This document shows, piece by piece, positions 31,570-41,221 of a DNA stretch of 47,878 nucleotides; the stretch's first letter is position 1; each line of letters starts with the position of its first letter. The DNA is from Deltaproteobacteria bacterium (GTDB lineage Bacteria; Desulfobacterota; Syntrophia; Syntrophales; UBA2185), in contig JBAWYD010000003.1 in assembly GCA_037143735.1 (NCBI GenBank), forward strand, positions 1 to 47,878, read 5' to 3'. The translations under genes and the position numbers were made by a program. The notes beneath the pieces are model-generated. The model did not search any database and was not told the origin of the DNA. It saw only the letters and a program-made list of their open reading frames with translations.

Positions 31570-33102
31570 TTGATTGTAAAGGTCGCAAGCAGTACCGTCA
31601 TCGGTATAGAATCGTATCCCGTTGATGTAGAGGTCGATGTTTCCCCCGGTCTCCCTCAATTCTCGACGGTGGGACTTCCCGATGTTGCCGTCAGGGAGAG
31701 CAAAGATCGCATCAAGGCGGCCATAAAAAATTCCGGCTACGGATTTCCGAAAAATCACGTCACCGTAAACCTTGCCCCCGCTGATATCAAAAAAGAAGGA
31801 ACGGGTTTTGATTTGCCTATCGCCGTGGGCATCCTGGCGGCGGAAGGCTGTATCAGGTCCGAAACCCTTCAGGATTACATCCTGGTCGGGGAATTGTCTT
31901 TAGACGGCAGTATCAAGGGCGTTCATGGCGTCCTCTCCTCGGCGTTTCTGGCAAGAAAGGCGGGCAAAAGGGGAATCATCCTGGCGAGTGAGAACGCCGC
32001 CGAAGGGGCGGTGGTGGAATCCACCGACGTCATACCCGTTGACAGGCTGTCCGATGTCGTGGAGTTTTTTAACGGAAACAGAAAAATAGAGCCGTTCAAA
32101 CTCGACGTCAGGGATGTATTTGAACGGAGCCTCCATTATCCGCATGATTTTGGTGAGATACGGGGACAGGAGCAGGCAAAGAGAGCCCTGGAGGTTGCAG
32201 CGGCGGGCGGACATAATATCATCATGATCGGTCCTCCCGGGTCGGGGAAGACCATGCTTGCCCAGAGGCTTCCCACAATTCTTCCGAAACTGTCTTTTGA
32301 AGAAGCGATTGAAACGACAAAGATATTTTCCGTCGCCGGTATTCACGAAAAAAAGGATATCCTGCTGGGAACAAGGCCCTTTCGGGCGCCTCATCATACC
32401 ATTTCAGCCGCAGGACTCGTGGGAGGAGGACACATGCCCAAACCGGGCGAAATCAGCCTTGCCCACCACGGGGTTTTGTTTTTAGATGAACTTCCCGAGT
32501 TCAGAAGAAATGTCCTTGAATCCTTGCGGCAACCCCTTGAGGACGGATCGGTGACGATCACACGGTCTTCCGTTACGGCTGCCTATCCCTCGGAATTTAT
32601 GCTTGTAGCGGCAATGAATCCCTGTCCATGCGGCTATTACGGCGATACGAAAAGATCCTGCCGGTGTTCCCCGCAACAGATACGGCAGTATCAATCAAGA
32701 ATTTCGGGGCCCCTCATGGACAGAATCGATATTCATATAGAAGTGCCGTCCGTGAAATATCGCGACCTTACAGGCAAATCGGCAGGTGAATCGTCCCGGG
32801 ATATTGCAGAGCGGGTCAACAGGGCGAGAGGGATGCAGGACAGGAGATTTCTTCAGGATAACAACATCCGGTTTAATGCCCGCATGTCCGATAAACAGAT
32901 CAAGGCGTATTGCATCATCGATGACGATTCCCAGAAGCTCATCGAGATGGCCATAGACCGGCTCGGTCTCAGCGCCCGTGCATACACAAAGATTCTCAAG
33001 ATCGCACGAACCATAGCCGATCTGGATGAAGAAGAAGCCATCCGATCCAGTCACGTTGCGGAGGCCATTCAATATAGAAATCTTGATAGAAAGATGATTT
33101 GA
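31570..33102 (+). CDS. comM: YifB/ComM family Mg-chelatase-like AAA+ ATPase
   Basis: VGLPDVAVRES, VNLAPAD, GELSLDG, GPPGSGKTMLA, PFRAPHHT, LFLDELPEF, NPCPCG, SGPLMDRIDI, ARTIADL, EAIQYR. TTG start. Confidence 0.95.
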   Translation: MIVKVASSTVIGIESYPVDVEVDVSPGLPQFSTVGLPDVAVRESKDRIKAAIKNSGYGFPKNHVTVNLAPADIKKEGTGFDLPIAVGILAAEGCIRSETLQDYILVGELSLDGSIKGVHGVLSSAFLARKAGKRGIILASENAAEGAVVESTDVIPVDRLSDVVEFFNGNRKIEPFKLDVRDVFERSLHYPHDFGEIRGQEQAKRALEVAAAGGHNIIMIGPPGSGKTMLAQRLPTILPKLSFEEAIETTKIFSVAGIHEKKDILLGTRPFRAPHHTISAAGLVGGGHMPKPGEISLAHHGVLFLDELPEFRRNVLESLRQPLEDGSVTITRSSVTAAYPSEFMLVAAMNPCPCGYYGDTKRSCRCSPQQIRQYQSRISGPLMDRIDIHIEVPSVKYRDLTGKSAGESSRDIAERVNRARGMQDRRFLQDNNIRFNARMSDKQIKAYCIIDDDSQKLIEMAIDRLGLSARAYTKILKIARTIADLDEEEAIRSSHVAEAIQYRNLDRKMI

Positions 33103-33112
33103 TGTTAAGAAG
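33059..33112 (+). repeat. Left copy (attL-like) of the 54-bp direct repeat; forms the functional comM 3' end
   Basis: CGGAGGCCATTCAATATAGAAATCTTGATAGAAAGATGATTTGATGTTAAGAAG, 47/54 identical to 43375-43428. Confidence 0.9.
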
Positions 33113-33174
33113 ATGCGTCCTACCATGATTGCAAACTTAGCTTCAATAAAGATCGATTCTAAAGGATAATAGCA

Positions 33175-34686
33175 GTGCGAAAGCTTACCGTCAAAACAAT
33201 AAAAATGAGTAAACGCAACCCGGTTGACATTTGCAGATTTTATGACTCTTCATCTCCATGCGGTTGTGAGTTGGAAAATATTATTGACTCATGTCATGAT
33301 GGTATTTTCATAACCGACGGGCAGGGGATCATCTTGAAGGTTAACAGCGGATGGGAGCGAATTTGCGGACTTCACCGAGAATTCATGTTAGGGAAATGCG
33401 CTCAGGATCTCGTAAATGAGAAGTTCTATACGGAATCTTCTGTAATGGCAGCAATAAGGGCGGAAAAACCGGTTACCATAATGCTGGAGATGACTAAAGG
33501 GGAGAAGGTCGGTCAGAAAATAATGGCAACCGCCATACCTGTATGGAACGAAAACGGAGAAATCAAACGAGTGGTTGCCAATATCAGAGATATAACGGAA
33601 ATACTTTATTTAAAAGAATTATTGGACAAAACCCAGCTGTTGAATGAATTATATGTCGCCGAAATTGAGCAGATGCGGCTTAACCAATTTACCAGTAACC
33701 ACGGCTTGATAGCTCGGAGCCCTTTAACGATACGTGTAATGGAAATGGTAGCGCGTGTCGCCAGTTTTGATGTGTTTGTTTTAATCACCGGCGAGTCTGG
33801 TGTCGGCAAGGAAGTGATTGCGAATGCTATTCACAAGCAAAGCCAGCGTTCAAAGGGGCCTCTCATCAAAGTGAACTGCGGAGCGATTCCTGAAAATCTG
33901 CTTGAATCTGAACTTTTCGGGTACAACTTCGGCGCCTTTACCGGCGCAAGAAAACAGGGGAAACCCGGCATGTTTGAACTCGCCGACAAAGGAACCCTGT
34001 TTTTAGACGAAATTGGGGATATTCCATATAACCTCCAGGGCAAGCTTTTAAGAGCTTTACAGGACCGTGAGATCATGCGGATTGGCGGCCTGAAGACCAC
34101 CCCTGTTGATGTGCGCATCATTGCTGCGACAAACAAGAATCTTGAAGAAATGGTAAATAACGGTTCTTTTCGTGATGACCTTTATTATCGCCTTAACGTT
34201 GTTTCAATTGAAATTCCCCCATTGCGTGAACGCAAAGAAGACATCCCTATCTTTGTTATGCACTTTCTGGAAAAGATGAACAAAAAACATCAACGCAACA
34301 AGCGCATTGCTTCAGAGGTTCTTGATAATTTCATGCTCTACTCCTGGCCTGGCAACGTACGTGAATTGGAGAATGTAATAGAGCGGTTGGTTATCATGAC
34401 CGAGGAGGATGAAGTCAACATGAAACATGTGCCAATTCAAATTAAAAGTCAGAATATTCCTGAAACGATGAACATTATCGATGATGTTGGATTTAAAACG
34501 GCAATTGAGCATACTGAAAAACAATTGCTTAAACAGGCACTCCTGAATCACCGGAGTACGAGAGAAATCGCAAAATCAATGAAAATCAATCAATCCACCG
34601 TAGTGCGCAAACTAAAGAAATATAACCTGTCTCCATCCTACAATGGTGAACCACACAAGCCACCAAACCAGGGACAACATGAATGA
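33175..34686 (+). CDS. sigma54-dependent transcriptional activator (PAS-AAA+-HTH)
   Basis: PAS (DGIFITDGQGIILKVN), GESGVGKE, ESELFG, intact GAFTGA, LFLDEIG, WPGNVRELEN, C-terminal HTH (STREIAKSMKINQSTVVRKL). Start GTG 33175 or ATG 33205. Confidence 0.95.
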   Translation: MRKLTVKTIKMSKRNPVDICRFYDSSSPCGCELENIIDSCHDGIFITDGQGIILKVNSGWERICGLHREFMLGKCAQDLVNEKFYTESSVMAAIRAEKPVTIMLEMTKGEKVGQKIMATAIPVWNENGEIKRVVANIRDITEILYLKELLDKTQLLNELYVAEIEQMRLNQFTSNHGLIARSPLTIRVMEMVARVASFDVFVLITGESGVGKEVIANAIHKQSQRSKGPLIKVNCGAIPENLLESELFGYNFGAFTGARKQGKPGMFELADKGTLFLDEIGDIPYNLQGKLLRALQDREIMRIGGLKTTPVDVRIIAATNKNLEEMVNNGSFRDDLYYRLNVVSIEIPPLRERKEDIPIFVMHFLEKMNKKHQRNKRIASEVLDNFMLYSWPGNVRELENVIERLVIMTEEDEVNMKHVPIQIKSQNIPETMNIIDDVGFKTAIEHTEKQLLKQALLNHRSTREIAKSMKINQSTVVRKLKKYNLSPSYNGEPHKPPNQGQHE

Positions 34687-34773
34687 CCCCGCTGGCCATT
34701 CATGTAAACGCCCCACTGACTGACCTGTTGCTACCGCCTTTCTTTAAGAATCCTAAAGCTTGCCCGGCAATGA

Positions 34774-35913
34774 TCACCTTAGAATACTGCCGGCGATAAC
34801 CATGCGCATTGCCTCACTCGTGCCTTCATAGATTTGGGTAATCTTCGCGTCCCGCATCAGGCGCTCCACCGGATATTCGCGGCTATAACCGTAGCCGCCA
34901 AATACCTGGACGGCATCGGTCGTAACGGACATAGCGGTATCAGAAGCAAACAGCTTGGCCATGGCCGCTTCCTTTGCATAAGGCAGATTATTCGACTTGT
35001 TATAAGCAGCTTTCAAGGTTAAAAGACGGGCGGCTTCAATTTTTGTAGCCATGTTGGCAAGCATAAAGCTGATAGCCTGCTGGCTCGCGATGGGTTTGCC
35101 GAACTGAATACGTTCTTTGGCATATTTCATAGCGGCATCCAGGGCGCCCTGAGCGATCCCGACCGCTTGAGCGGCGATACCGATGCGGCCGCCATCCAAA
35201 GCAGTCATGGCAATTTTAAATCCATCGCCTTCTTTACCCAGGAGGTTTTCGGCAGGAGTACGGGCATTTACCATAATGACTTCACGCTGCACCGATGCAC
35301 GAATGCCCATTTTGATTTCTTTTTTACCGAAGCTCAAGCCGGGCGAACCCTTCTCGAGAATTAATGCGCTCATCCCCTTAAGGCCGGCCTCTTTATTTGT
35401 TTTGGCAAAAATGAGTTCGACTTCCGCCTCCCCACCGTTCGTGTTGAAAACCTTGGTTCCATTCAGGATATAGAAATCGCCGTCTCTGACCGCAGTTGTC
35501 GATGCATTGCCTACGTCTGTGCCGGCATTGGGTTCTGTGAGACCAAATGCTCCCACCTTTGTGCCTTGTGCCAACGGTACCAGGTATTTTTGTTTTTGCT
35601 CTTCCGTACCGTATTTAAAGATCGGCCAGGAACACAGGGAAGTGTGCACCGACATACCGATAGAAGTCGATGCGTCCACACGGGAGATTTCCTCAACCGC
35701 AATGGCATAAGCGATGAAATCCATATCGCCTCCACCATACTTTTCAGGAAACGGCAAACCCATCAGGCCCAATTTTCCCATTTCATCAAATATCCCTCGG
35801 TCAAATAGCTCTTTTTCGTCACGCTCTACAATAGTTGTAGCTAATTTCTTCTCGACATATTCCCGCACCATTTTGCGGATGCCTTCATTTTCCGGTGTCA
35901 TAGTGAAATTCAT
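34774..35913 (-). CDS. Acyl-CoA dehydrogenase (butyryl-CoA dehydrogenase/CarC-like)
   Basis: [38 protein letters not shown], catalytic IYEGT. Confidence 0.93.
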   Translation of the reverse strand: MNFTMTPENEGIRKMVREYVEKKLATTIVERDEKELFDRGIFDEMGKLGLMGLPFPEKYGGGDMDFIAYAIAVEEISRVDASTSIGMSVHTSLCSWPIFKYGTEEQKQKYLVPLAQGTKVGAFGLTEPNAGTDVGNASTTAVRDGDFYILNGTKVFNTNGGEAEVELIFAKTNKEAGLKGMSALILEKGSPGLSFGKKEIKMGIRASVQREVIMVNARTPAENLLGKEGDGFKIAMTALDGGRIGIAAQAVGIAQGALDAAMKYAKERIQFGKPIASQQAISFMLANMATKIEAARLLTLKAAYNKSNNLPYAKEAAMAKLFASDTAMSVTTDAVQVFGGYGYSREYPVERLMRDAKITQIYEGTSEAMRMVIAGSILR

Positions 35914-35983
35914 ACATCACACTCCTATTAACAGTTTTTTTATCATTAATGTCTCGCCGCCTTAAGGACGACGATTGCACTTC

Positions 35984-37177
35984 TTATTGCAAAACTTCCC
36001 TTAACCTGGCAGTCAAAGCCGGCACCACCTCGTACACATCGCCGACTATTCCGTAGGTTGCTACTTTAAAGATAGGCGCATCAGGATCTGTATTGATTGC
36101 AATGATGACATCAGATGTTTGCATACCCGCTAAATGCTGAATAGCGCCGGATATGCCGCAAGCGATATAGATTTTGGGTGCTACCGTTTTTCCTGTTTGA
36201 CCGACTTGGTGCGGATAAGGCTTCCACCCGGCGTCAACCGCCGCCCGAGACGATCCGACCGTACCCTTTAATACTTGTGCCAGTTCCTCAACGATCCGGA
36301 ATCCTTCCGGCTTTCCAAGCCCCCGTCCGCCGGATACGATAATCTCGGCGTCTTCCAAATTGCATGAGAAAGAACAAACCTTAACAACATCGATCAGTTT
36401 TGTTCGAATGTCTTCCTCATTGATCGCCAATTCCTCTCTGATTATTTTACCTGTACGGCTGTAGTCCGGTTCAGGCTTCTTAAAGACCTTGGGCCTTACT
36501 GTACCCATTTGCGGACGGTGGTTTGGACAAAAAATAGTTGCCATAATATTGCCGCCAAAAGCAGGCCTTGTCCACGCTACCAACCGGGTTTCCATATCTA
36601 TGGCAAGACTCGTGCAGTCGGCGGTTAATCCCGTCTTCACCCTGGCGGCTATGCGAGGGCCTAAATCGCGGCCATCGTTGGTTGCACCCAATAATATGAC
36701 AGAAGGAAGATACTTTTTAATCAAGTGCGTAAAGACAATCGTATAGGCATCCGTAGTATAGTTTTTAAAAGCAGTACCTTCCGCCAAATATACGTTGTCG
36801 GCGCCGCTGGCAAACAGATCTTTGCTCATTTCCGCTACTTTATCACCAATGAGAACGGCAGACACTTCCTCGCCAAGCTCTTCAGCGAGTTTTCTTCCCT
36901 CGCCCAGAAGTTCCAGCGATACGTTGCGAATACGTCCATCCCGATGTTCGATAAATACCCATACCCCTTTGTAGGAGCTGATATCTTCCGGCTCTTCCGC
37001 TTTCTCCCGCTCCACGACGATGGCAGAAACGTTACAACTGCTTTCACAAGCGCCGCATGATGTACAATCATCAGTAATAACGGCCTTGTTATCTTTCATA
37101 ACAATTGCACCGTACGGACAACTCTCAATGCACATTTCACAACCAATGCATTCTTCCGATATAATCTTCACAGACAT
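35984..37177 (-). CDS. etfA: Electron transfer flavoprotein alpha subunit with N-terminal 2x[4Fe-4S] ferredoxin domain
   Basis: CIGCEMCIESCP and CTSCGACESSC, then GLTADCT, RPAFGGN, SGGRG, QVGQTGK, GISGAIQH. Confidence 0.95.
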   Translation of the reverse strand: MSVKIISEECIGCEMCIESCPYGAIVMKDNKAVITDDCTSCGACESSCNVSAIVVEREKAEEPEDISSYKGVWVFIEHRDGRIRNVSLELLGEGRKLAEELGEEVSAVLIGDKVAEMSKDLFASGADNVYLAEGTAFKNYTTDAYTIVFTHLIKKYLPSVILLGATNDGRDLGPRIAARVKTGLTADCTSLAIDMETRLVAWTRPAFGGNIMATIFCPNHRPQMGTVRPKVFKKPEPDYSRTGKIIREELAINEEDIRTKLIDVVKVCSFSCNLEDAEIIVSGGRGLGKPEGFRIVEELAQVLKGTVGSSRAAVDAGWKPYPHQVGQTGKTVAPKIYIACGISGAIQHLAGMQTSDVIIAINTDPDAPIFKVATYGIVGDVYEVVPALTARLREVLQ

Positions 37178-37197
37178 ATTTACTGCTTCCTCCTCGC

Positions 37198-37980
37198 CTA
37201 TATTATCTTGGCCTGCATCAACTTATCGACAAGCAAATCAACAGCGTCTTTGCTATCGCCCTGAATGATTTCACCTTGACCGCGCTGCTGCGGGGTAAAT
37301 ATTCGCCGAACCTGAGTAGCTGAACCATTAAGGCCTACGTCCATAGCATCAATGTCAAGGTCGGCAGCGGTCCATACGGGGATCTCACTACGGTAGGCTT
37401 TCGCCGTACCTTTTACCGTGGGAAGGCGGGGGTCGGTGGCCAGTTTGATGATAGTCACCACCAACGGCAGTTTGGCTTCTATTACATCATATCCCTCATC
37501 CTGTTCACGGTCGGCGATGACCCTTTCACCGTCAACTTCAATTTTGCTGACATAAGTAATCTGGCCAATACCAAGATGTTCCGCCATTTCCGGTCCAACC
37601 TGGGCCGTATCCCCGTCAATCGCCTGTTTACCGCAAATGATTAAATCGACGTTGCCCATTTTGCGCACTGCCGCAGATAATGTATAGGATGTAGCCAGGG
37701 TATCCCCACCCGCAAACGCTCTATCACTTAATAAAATGGCCTGATCGGCGCCCATGGCAATACATTCCTTCAGCGCATCCGCTGCCTGCGGCGGTCCCAT
37801 GCTTAATGCAGTAATCCTTCCTCCGTGTTTATCTTTAAGCTGTAGTGCCATTTCGAGAGCATATTTATCAAAAGGATTGACAATGCTCGGCACCCCTTCC
37901 CGAATCAACGTATTGGTATCAGGATCGATTTTTACTTCTGTTGTATCAGGTACCTGTTTGACACATACAACAATTTCCAT
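37198..37980 (-). CDS. etfB: Electron transfer flavoprotein beta subunit
   Basis: CVKQVPD, NPFD, SMGP, DRAFAGGDTLAT, GKQAIDGDTAQVGP. Confidence 0.95.
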   Translation of the reverse strand: MEIVVCVKQVPDTTEVKIDPDTNTLIREGVPSIVNPFDKYALEMALQLKDKHGGRITALSMGPPQAADALKECIAMGADQAILLSDRAFAGGDTLATSYTLSAAVRKMGNVDLIICGKQAIDGDTAQVGPEMAEHLGIGQITYVSKIEVDGERVIADREQDEGYDVIEAKLPLVVTIIKLATDPRLPTVKGTAKAYRSEIPVWTAADLDIDAMDVGLNGSATQVRRIFTPQQRGQGEIIQGDSKDAVDLLVDKLMQAKII

Positions 37981-38090
37981 AATAATTCTTACTCCCGGTT
38001 ATGTAATGATTAAGTGTTTTGTTGCAAGGATACCAGCCGTTTCAGATTCGTTAACATTCACGCTTCATGAAATAAAAGACATTGTTGTTA

Positions 38091-38152
38091 TAGGGGGTAT
38101 GGCATTTCTACAATCAACAAATACCCGGATGTAACTATTTACCATACCCCCA
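38091..38152. promoter_or_regulatory. Intercistronic inverted repeat between the MFS gene and etfB
   Basis: GGGGGTATGG...CCATACCCCC arms. Confidence 0.4.
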
Positions 38153-38177
38153 ATACGGATCATTAAGAATCCGGATC

Positions 38178-39509
38178 TTAAGCCGCTTTCTTGGTTATGA
38201 TTGGTTTCGAATCGGTTGTGAAATACATCGCCACTGCACCGACAATGAGTGATACCATACAGAACAAGAAGGTGGCCTGAAAGGCTGCCACAGGAAATTT
38301 ACCGTCAACCTTCCCGTAGAGATCGAGCACCACGCCCATCAATGCCTGATATAAAGCCCCGCCTATAAAGTACCATATATTCAGCATCCCGTTGGATGTC
38401 GCCATGAAACTGACCGGCTGGCCATCGGCTATGTGTGCGTAATTGGGCACATATGCTCCGCAGAAAAAGCCCATGGCAAATAACAATGGATAAAACATGT
38501 TAGGGGGGATCGATCCGGCGAAGAAAGCTAACGGAATCCAGGTCAAAACGTAGATAATCATGCCGTACAGGGAAGTCTTCCTGCGGGATTTCAGAATACG
38601 GTCGGAACACCAACCGGCCGCAAAACACCCTAACGCCATCCCGATAGGCCAGAACATGAGCATGTTGGCCGCCTGTTGCTTAGGCAAGCCGACTATCTGC
38701 TGCGCATAGGGAATGAACCAGAGCCCCTGGAATCCCATGACCGTACCGTAAATAACAAAAGCGTAGAGTGATATTAACCAATAGTTCTTCATCTTTAAGA
38801 GCTTAAAGAAATTATCCTTAAAGGTCTTCTTCTGATCTGCAGTCTGTGCCGGGTAGTAATCAATGCCGTCAATCTCCGAAACTGTAGGATAACCCATGTC
38901 GCCCGGTTTATTTCGGACGATTATGTAGTCGACAATAGATATGATGACCATAAAAGCGCCTAACCATAAGAATGAATTCCGCCATCCAACGATACCCACC
39001 AGAAACGCAAGCGGCGCGGATGCGAGTATGGCGCCGACATTGCCCCAGGTGAGCATCACACCGGTAAGCGTCGCTAATTCATTCGGCCGGAACCAGTTAT
39101 ACAGGATCTTCATACACGGCATCCATACAACCGCAACGCCCACACCCATTAAAAAGCGGCCTAATATGCACCAACCGAAGGTTGTCGCCAAACCAAAGAG
39201 CGCCGTGCCGATTGCCGCTATGATGAAAAAGGAACTCATTGAAAGTCTGGGGCCAATTTTATCGGCCAGGACTCCCGACGGGAATTGCATCGCCGCATAA
39301 GGATAAAAGTACATCGATGACAAGATACCGAGGGTGGTCGCCGACAGACCAAATTCCTTCATCAGCTCCGGTGCAACAACCGCTGGTGCAACACGGTCGA
39401 AATATACAAAAATATACGTTAACAAGAACATTCCATAAGTAACCCAACGATACGTAAGCATCTTCTTGGCTTTTGCAACATCAACTCCTGCGGCTACCTT
39501 TGCACTCAT
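38178..39509 (-). CDS. Major facilitator superfamily transporter (organic-anion type)
   Basis: About 12 TM helices, YFDRV in TM1, GVLADKIGPR motif A, GWCSDRILKSRR. Confidence 0.92.
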   Translation of the reverse strand: MSAKVAAGVDVAKAKKMLTYRWVTYGMFLLTYIFVYFDRVAPAVVAPELMKEFGLSATTLGILSSMYFYPYAAMQFPSGVLADKIGPRLSMSSFFIIAAIGTALFGLATTFGWCILGRFLMGVGVAVVWMPCMKILYNWFRPNELATLTGVMLTWGNVGAILASAPLAFLVGIVGWRNSFLWLGAFMVIISIVDYIIVRNKPGDMGYPTVSEIDGIDYYPAQTADQKKTFKDNFFKLLKMKNYWLISLYAFVIYGTVMGFQGLWFIPYAQQIVGLPKQQAANMLMFWPIGMALGCFAAGWCSDRILKSRRKTSLYGMIIYVLTWIPLAFFAGSIPPNMFYPLLFAMGFFCGAYVPNYAHIADGQPVSFMATSNGMLNIWYFIGGALYQALMGVVLDLYGKVDGKFPVAAFQATFLFCMVSLIVGAVAMYFTTDSKPIITKKAA

Positions 39510-39660
39510 ATAACTCTCCTCCTCATTAAATTTTTATATGCCTCTTTGCTGCAACTATTCTTTATCTCGGTTCTTTACTGACAAAAAAAATTAGAATCTT
39601 AACTGTGCCTGCCTTGAAAGATCTTTTTCCAGAAATTTGTACGTTTTTTCCTTAGTCGGC

Positions 39661-39683
39661 TGCCCCGCCCTGAGGGCGGGGCA
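39661..39683 (-). promoter_or_regulatory. Perfect GC-rich hairpin just downstream of the dehydratase-like gene
   Basis: TGCCCCGCCC-TGA-GGGCGGGGCA. No U-tract on the minus strand, so more likely a stabiliser or pause site than a full terminator. Confidence 0.55.
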
Positions 39684-39699
39684 ATACGCTCCAGCCTTA

Positions 39700-41169
39700 T
39701 TATTTTTTCTTCTTTTCCGGCTCCGGTATTTCTTCAGTAATACCGGCAATTTTTCTGGCATAATCAGCAAACTGGTCAACGGGAGTCAGAGATCTGACAA
39801 CCAATTTTGCACCATCGGGTGAACCGCCGCCGTGCATACATCCCGGAACGCCTGCGCCAAGGGTCAGCCACTCTGAAAGCCTTGCTGCGCGAGCCCTTGA
39901 TTCAGCGCTGAATTTATCGCAGGCTTTCAAAGCCGATTGAACCATGGCTCCTATTTTTTTGTCATTAAAGTCCTGCGCTGAAGGGAAACATCCTGTTTCA
40001 ACGACACCGCCTCCGATGTCCTGGCAGAGGCGCTTTGTTTCATAAGGAAGAGTCGCCACATGGACTTTATTGGCATGAGCGATCAGGGAATCTGAAACCC
40101 ACATACCGCCGGGCCCCTTTTTTCCTAAAGCCATCGCGCCAATTCCCATTGCGTATGTGGTCTCATTATTAACGGCCATTTCCACCATCTTGCCGGCAAA
40201 TGTGCTCGCCGCCAATCCATTCGTCCTCGCCATAAGCGCCGCAGCGCCAATCATGACGTCTCCCTGACCGGCGACGCAGGCGCCAATGCAAGCACGGTAG
40301 TTGGCTGTAAAATATTCTATAATTTTCCCGGAATACTTGAATTCCTTGCACATGAAAACTCTGTCATTGGGAACAAAGCAGTCTTTGAAAAACAGAAAAG
40401 CCTGGGTGATGCCCGTCTCCGGTATATCGAATCCGCCTTCCATTTCTCTGGTATCGCTTGGCCTGCGCGCCTCCACGATTGTAAGACCTTTTATATCCTT
40501 CGGTACAACGCAGCAAAGGGCGTAATCCTGATCCTCTTCCCTGTAACCGCCTCCCGGTAAAAGAAATATCTCGTTAGAGGCGGCCACACCGCAGATCATC
40601 GCTTTCATTCCGCTGATGACGATTCCATCTTCACGGACTTCTGTAATATGCAGATTGCTGTCCGGATTGGTCTGCTGTGATGGTCTCAGGCTGCGGTCCC
40701 CTTTGGCGTCTGTAAGAGCGCCCGCCACGACGAGACCATTTTGCTGAGAATAGATAATCCATTTTTTGAGACGCTCCTGGTATTTAGTTCCGTATTCCTT
40801 GTCCATAAGCGCCGTGATATTCCACATTACATTCTGGGCGTTCCATCCGACACACACGCCGCCGCTGCAACTTCCCGTAAAGCGGTACATCCACCTCTTC
40901 AGTTTTGAATTAGCCATAATGTCTTCCAGCGTTTCCATCATGGAAGTCCATCTGTGTATTCTTTCACCGCTTGTAAAAGTGGAGTTGGTAGTGAAATCCT
41001 GGGCATATTGCTGATCATGTGATGCGTCAAATGCCCGCGCATGGCTTTCGACAGCCCTCTTTGTCGCCGGATGAGTCGTAACATCCTCAATCAACTCCCC
41101 AAATTTGTAAATATTCGGCCTCATTGCCTTTAATGATTTTTTATAGTCTTCTCTCGTTTTCAGTGCCAT
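39700..41169 (-). CDS. 4-hydroxybutyryl-CoA dehydratase / 4-hydroxyphenylacetate-3-hydroxylase family flavoprotein (divergent)
   Basis: GALTDAKGDRS, DGIVISGMKA, FVPNDRVFM, QDIGGG, MHGGGSP. Cys motifs CSGGVC and RACIGAC. Confidence 0.85.
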   Translation of the reverse strand: MALKTREDYKKSLKAMRPNIYKFGELIEDVTTHPATKRAVESHARAFDASHDQQYAQDFTTNSTFTSGERIHRWTSMMETLEDIMANSKLKRWMYRFTGSCSGGVCVGWNAQNVMWNITALMDKEYGTKYQERLKKWIIYSQQNGLVVAGALTDAKGDRSLRPSQQTNPDSNLHITEVREDGIVISGMKAMICGVAASNEIFLLPGGGYREEDQDYALCCVVPKDIKGLTIVEARRPSDTREMEGGFDIPETGITQAFLFFKDCFVPNDRVFMCKEFKYSGKIIEYFTANYRACIGACVAGQGDVMIGAAALMARTNGLAASTFAGKMVEMAVNNETTYAMGIGAMALGKKGPGGMWVSDSLIAHANKVHVATLPYETKRLCQDIGGGVVETGCFPSAQDFNDKKIGAMVQSALKACDKFSAESRARAARLSEWLTLGAGVPGCMHGGGSPDGAKLVVRSLTPVDQFADYARKIAGITEEIPEPEKKKK

Positions 41170-41221
41170 TTTATCCTCCTGTTACCTTTATCCTTATGGT
41201 TTGAAAGTTCAGGTCCAATAT

